Origin: Nemertoderma westbladi
Lineage: Eukaryota > Animalia > Xenacoelomorpha
NCBI GenBank assembly: GCA_032718475.1
Contig: JAUCBJ010007292.1
Location: forward strand, 1-39,544
Length of the DNA: 39,544 nt
Direction: 5' to 3'
The notes under the pieces are model-generated. The model had not been told where the DNA came from, did no database searches, and saw nothing but the letters and a program-made list of their open reading frames with translations. This document shows positions 37,876-39,544 of the stretch, in pieces. Position 1 is the first letter of the stretch. Each line of letters opens with the position of its first letter. The position numbers were made by a program, and so were the translations under genes.

Positions 37876-37895
37876 ATGACTCATCGATGAGTCAT
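37876..37895. promoter_or_regulatory. Perfect 20-bp palindrome with two AP-1-like sites
   Basis: ATGACTCATCGATGAGTCAT contains TGACTCA and TGAGTCA; function unproven. Confidence 0.35.
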
Positions 37896-38602
37896 AGCAC
37901 GTATAGGGTGTGATTGGGTGTCATTGGCGCCAGGCTGTCTGGGTGACACCTCCCAATTAGGCTAATTAGACCCTAATTGATGGGTGTCATTAATTAATTA
38001 GTACATTTAATCCCTAATAGGTGTCTTACAACTCATAATTAGGGTTTAATTGATTATTCTAATTAATCAGACCAATTAGCACTCTAACACCCAATGGGTA
38101 ATGACTAATGAGTGATGTCTAACCATTGCCTAGAGGCCTAAACGGGTGTCATAAGTGACATCTCTACCCTTTTATTTATTAATATTTATTCAATTGTATT
38201 ACTTATTTAATTTATAAATTGATATATTATCTATCTATTTTTAGAATTACAAATAAATAGTTTTTAGTACTTACTGAATGACGTCATTGATGGCACCACC
38301 CCGGCTACCGCCCCACCATGGACTTTAAGCTCGCCATATTTTGCCTTAGGGTATACAGGTCCCATACTAGTAACGAATTACTCTATTGCGGCCCTCTTTC
38401 GATGACATCATCTTTGGCACCACATTGGCTACCATTGATAACATTAGGCAAGCTACTACTCGCCTCATGCGACATCAACAAAGCTGGTTCCTCTTTGGTT
38501 TAATTATAAACTACCCCCCCCCCCCTGCGCCCTGATTGGCTACTCCAATCTAGTCCCCCTCTATAACCGCCCCCGTTCACCGCATTCCCATTATTAAATG
38601 GT

Positions 38603-38618
38603 TAATAATTATATAATA

Positions 38619-38656
<38 letters not shown>

Positions 38657-38668
38657 TAATATAATAAT
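38603..38668. repeat. (TAA)n microsatellite
   Basis: Direct observation. Confidence 0.95.
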
Positions 38669-39300
38669 TATAAATATCATAATTGTTACTATCAATAAGA
38701 ATATAGAGACATGTTTGGTCTTCTCACTTGCATGAGATTTAATTGCACCCTTTAGACATCCATTGCACAATCGGGGATCCAAAATATATATTGACCATGA
38801 CAAAAAACCGTCAGGAGTAAAATATTTCAATAACCCAATTATACACCTATATAACATATATAGGTCTACACAGTAATACACATGAATGTATTACATAGAT
38901 ATATGTATTACATATATATATATAGATACATATATTACAGCAGAGTTACGTTTTATTGTACTGTAGTACAAAAATACGGAATTCAAATAACGTAAATTAA
39001 ATATATAAATTTGATCGATTAGAAACGAAGTAAATTAATTATAAATTAAATTAAAATGTATAAATTTGTATATACTCAAATAATAGTACAGTATCATGTC
39101 TGACGATGTTTACAATAAAGGTCGCCTAAGGCCTACGACTGTACTGTATACTCTCATGGACGAACATAGTGTATGTACCTTTAACTTCAACACAAATACA
39201 ACAAACTGTGTTATACACTAACAAATACTGCTGTAAAAGTACTGGTTGGTTATACTGTACTGCGTAGGCCTACTGAGTGACTGCAATACAGAGTTGCGAA

Positions 39301-39543
39301 TTACTGAGTTTTTTTACTTCTTAGAATCTCAAGTTTCTCCCTGGCAATTGCCGTCTTAACTTTAATAAGTTCAGTCTCTGCGAGATGTTTATCCCTCTCC
39401 GCCAATAAGGCTGCAACATGCGCTGAATCAATATCAGCTTTCGTCACAGCCTTACAGCTAACGGCACTAATGGCCTGTGAAGGTCGTGTTGGGACGATTG
39501 AGATTGATGGCCGAATAATGGTAGGAGCATTATCGCTATCATG
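39301..39543 (-). CDS. 3' end of a reading frame entering from the right edge; C-terminal coiled coil, possibly a Myb/SANT-type (Harbinger-associated) protein
   Basis: 80 stop-free codons ending ...TKADIDSAHVAALLAERDKHLAETELIKVKTAIAREKLEILRSKKTQ*; the family assignment is a guess from the helix pattern. Confidence 0.5.
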   Translation of the reverse strand, partial: HDSDNAPTIIRPSISIVPTRPSQAISAVSCKAVTKADIDSAHVAALLAERDKHLAETELIKVKTAIAREKLEILRSKKTQ

Positions 39544-39544
39544 A

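Noticed and set aside
37905-38170. Possible MITE bounded by AGGGT...ACCCT with TAATTAG/GGGTGTCA motifs
   Set aside because: The terminal match is only 5 bp with no convincing TSD; probably a repeat fragment but not definable.
38609-38881. 90-aa ORF with poly-Tyr
   Set aside because: Product of the (TAA)n microsatellite.

Overview
Eukaryotic (metazoan, probably invertebrate) repeat-rich DNA with no prokaryotic features. A 16-bp satellite (TACATATCGGATGTGC, with 14/20/21-bp variants) fills 1-10437 and 22267-24991. A young, non-autonomous BEL/Pao LTR retrotransposon (element A, 10438-22266, minus strand) splits it: 1225-bp LTRs differing at 2 positions, a GTGCT target-site duplication, and an intact Gag-protease ORF lacking RT, most of RNase H and integrase. 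A diverged relative (element B, leader plus 5' LTR, 24992-26634) is inserted into a LINE RT ORF. Further right lie more LINE remnants, a 14-bp sister satellite, the terminal exon of a fibrinogen-related-domain host gene (+ strand), two non-autonomous DNA transposons and a reading frame running off the right edge. Main finding: neither BEL element has a tRNA-type primer-binding site. In each, the 11-12 nt abutting the 5' LTR are the exact reverse complement of a segment at the homologous position inside its own LTR, and the two sequences have changed together between A and B. This points to tRNA-independent self-priming of reverse transcription, a mechanism I know only from the Tf1/sushi group of Ty3/Gypsy, in a BEL/Pao lineage. 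The very long + strand ORFs in the track are satellite artefacts. All alignments were done by eye.
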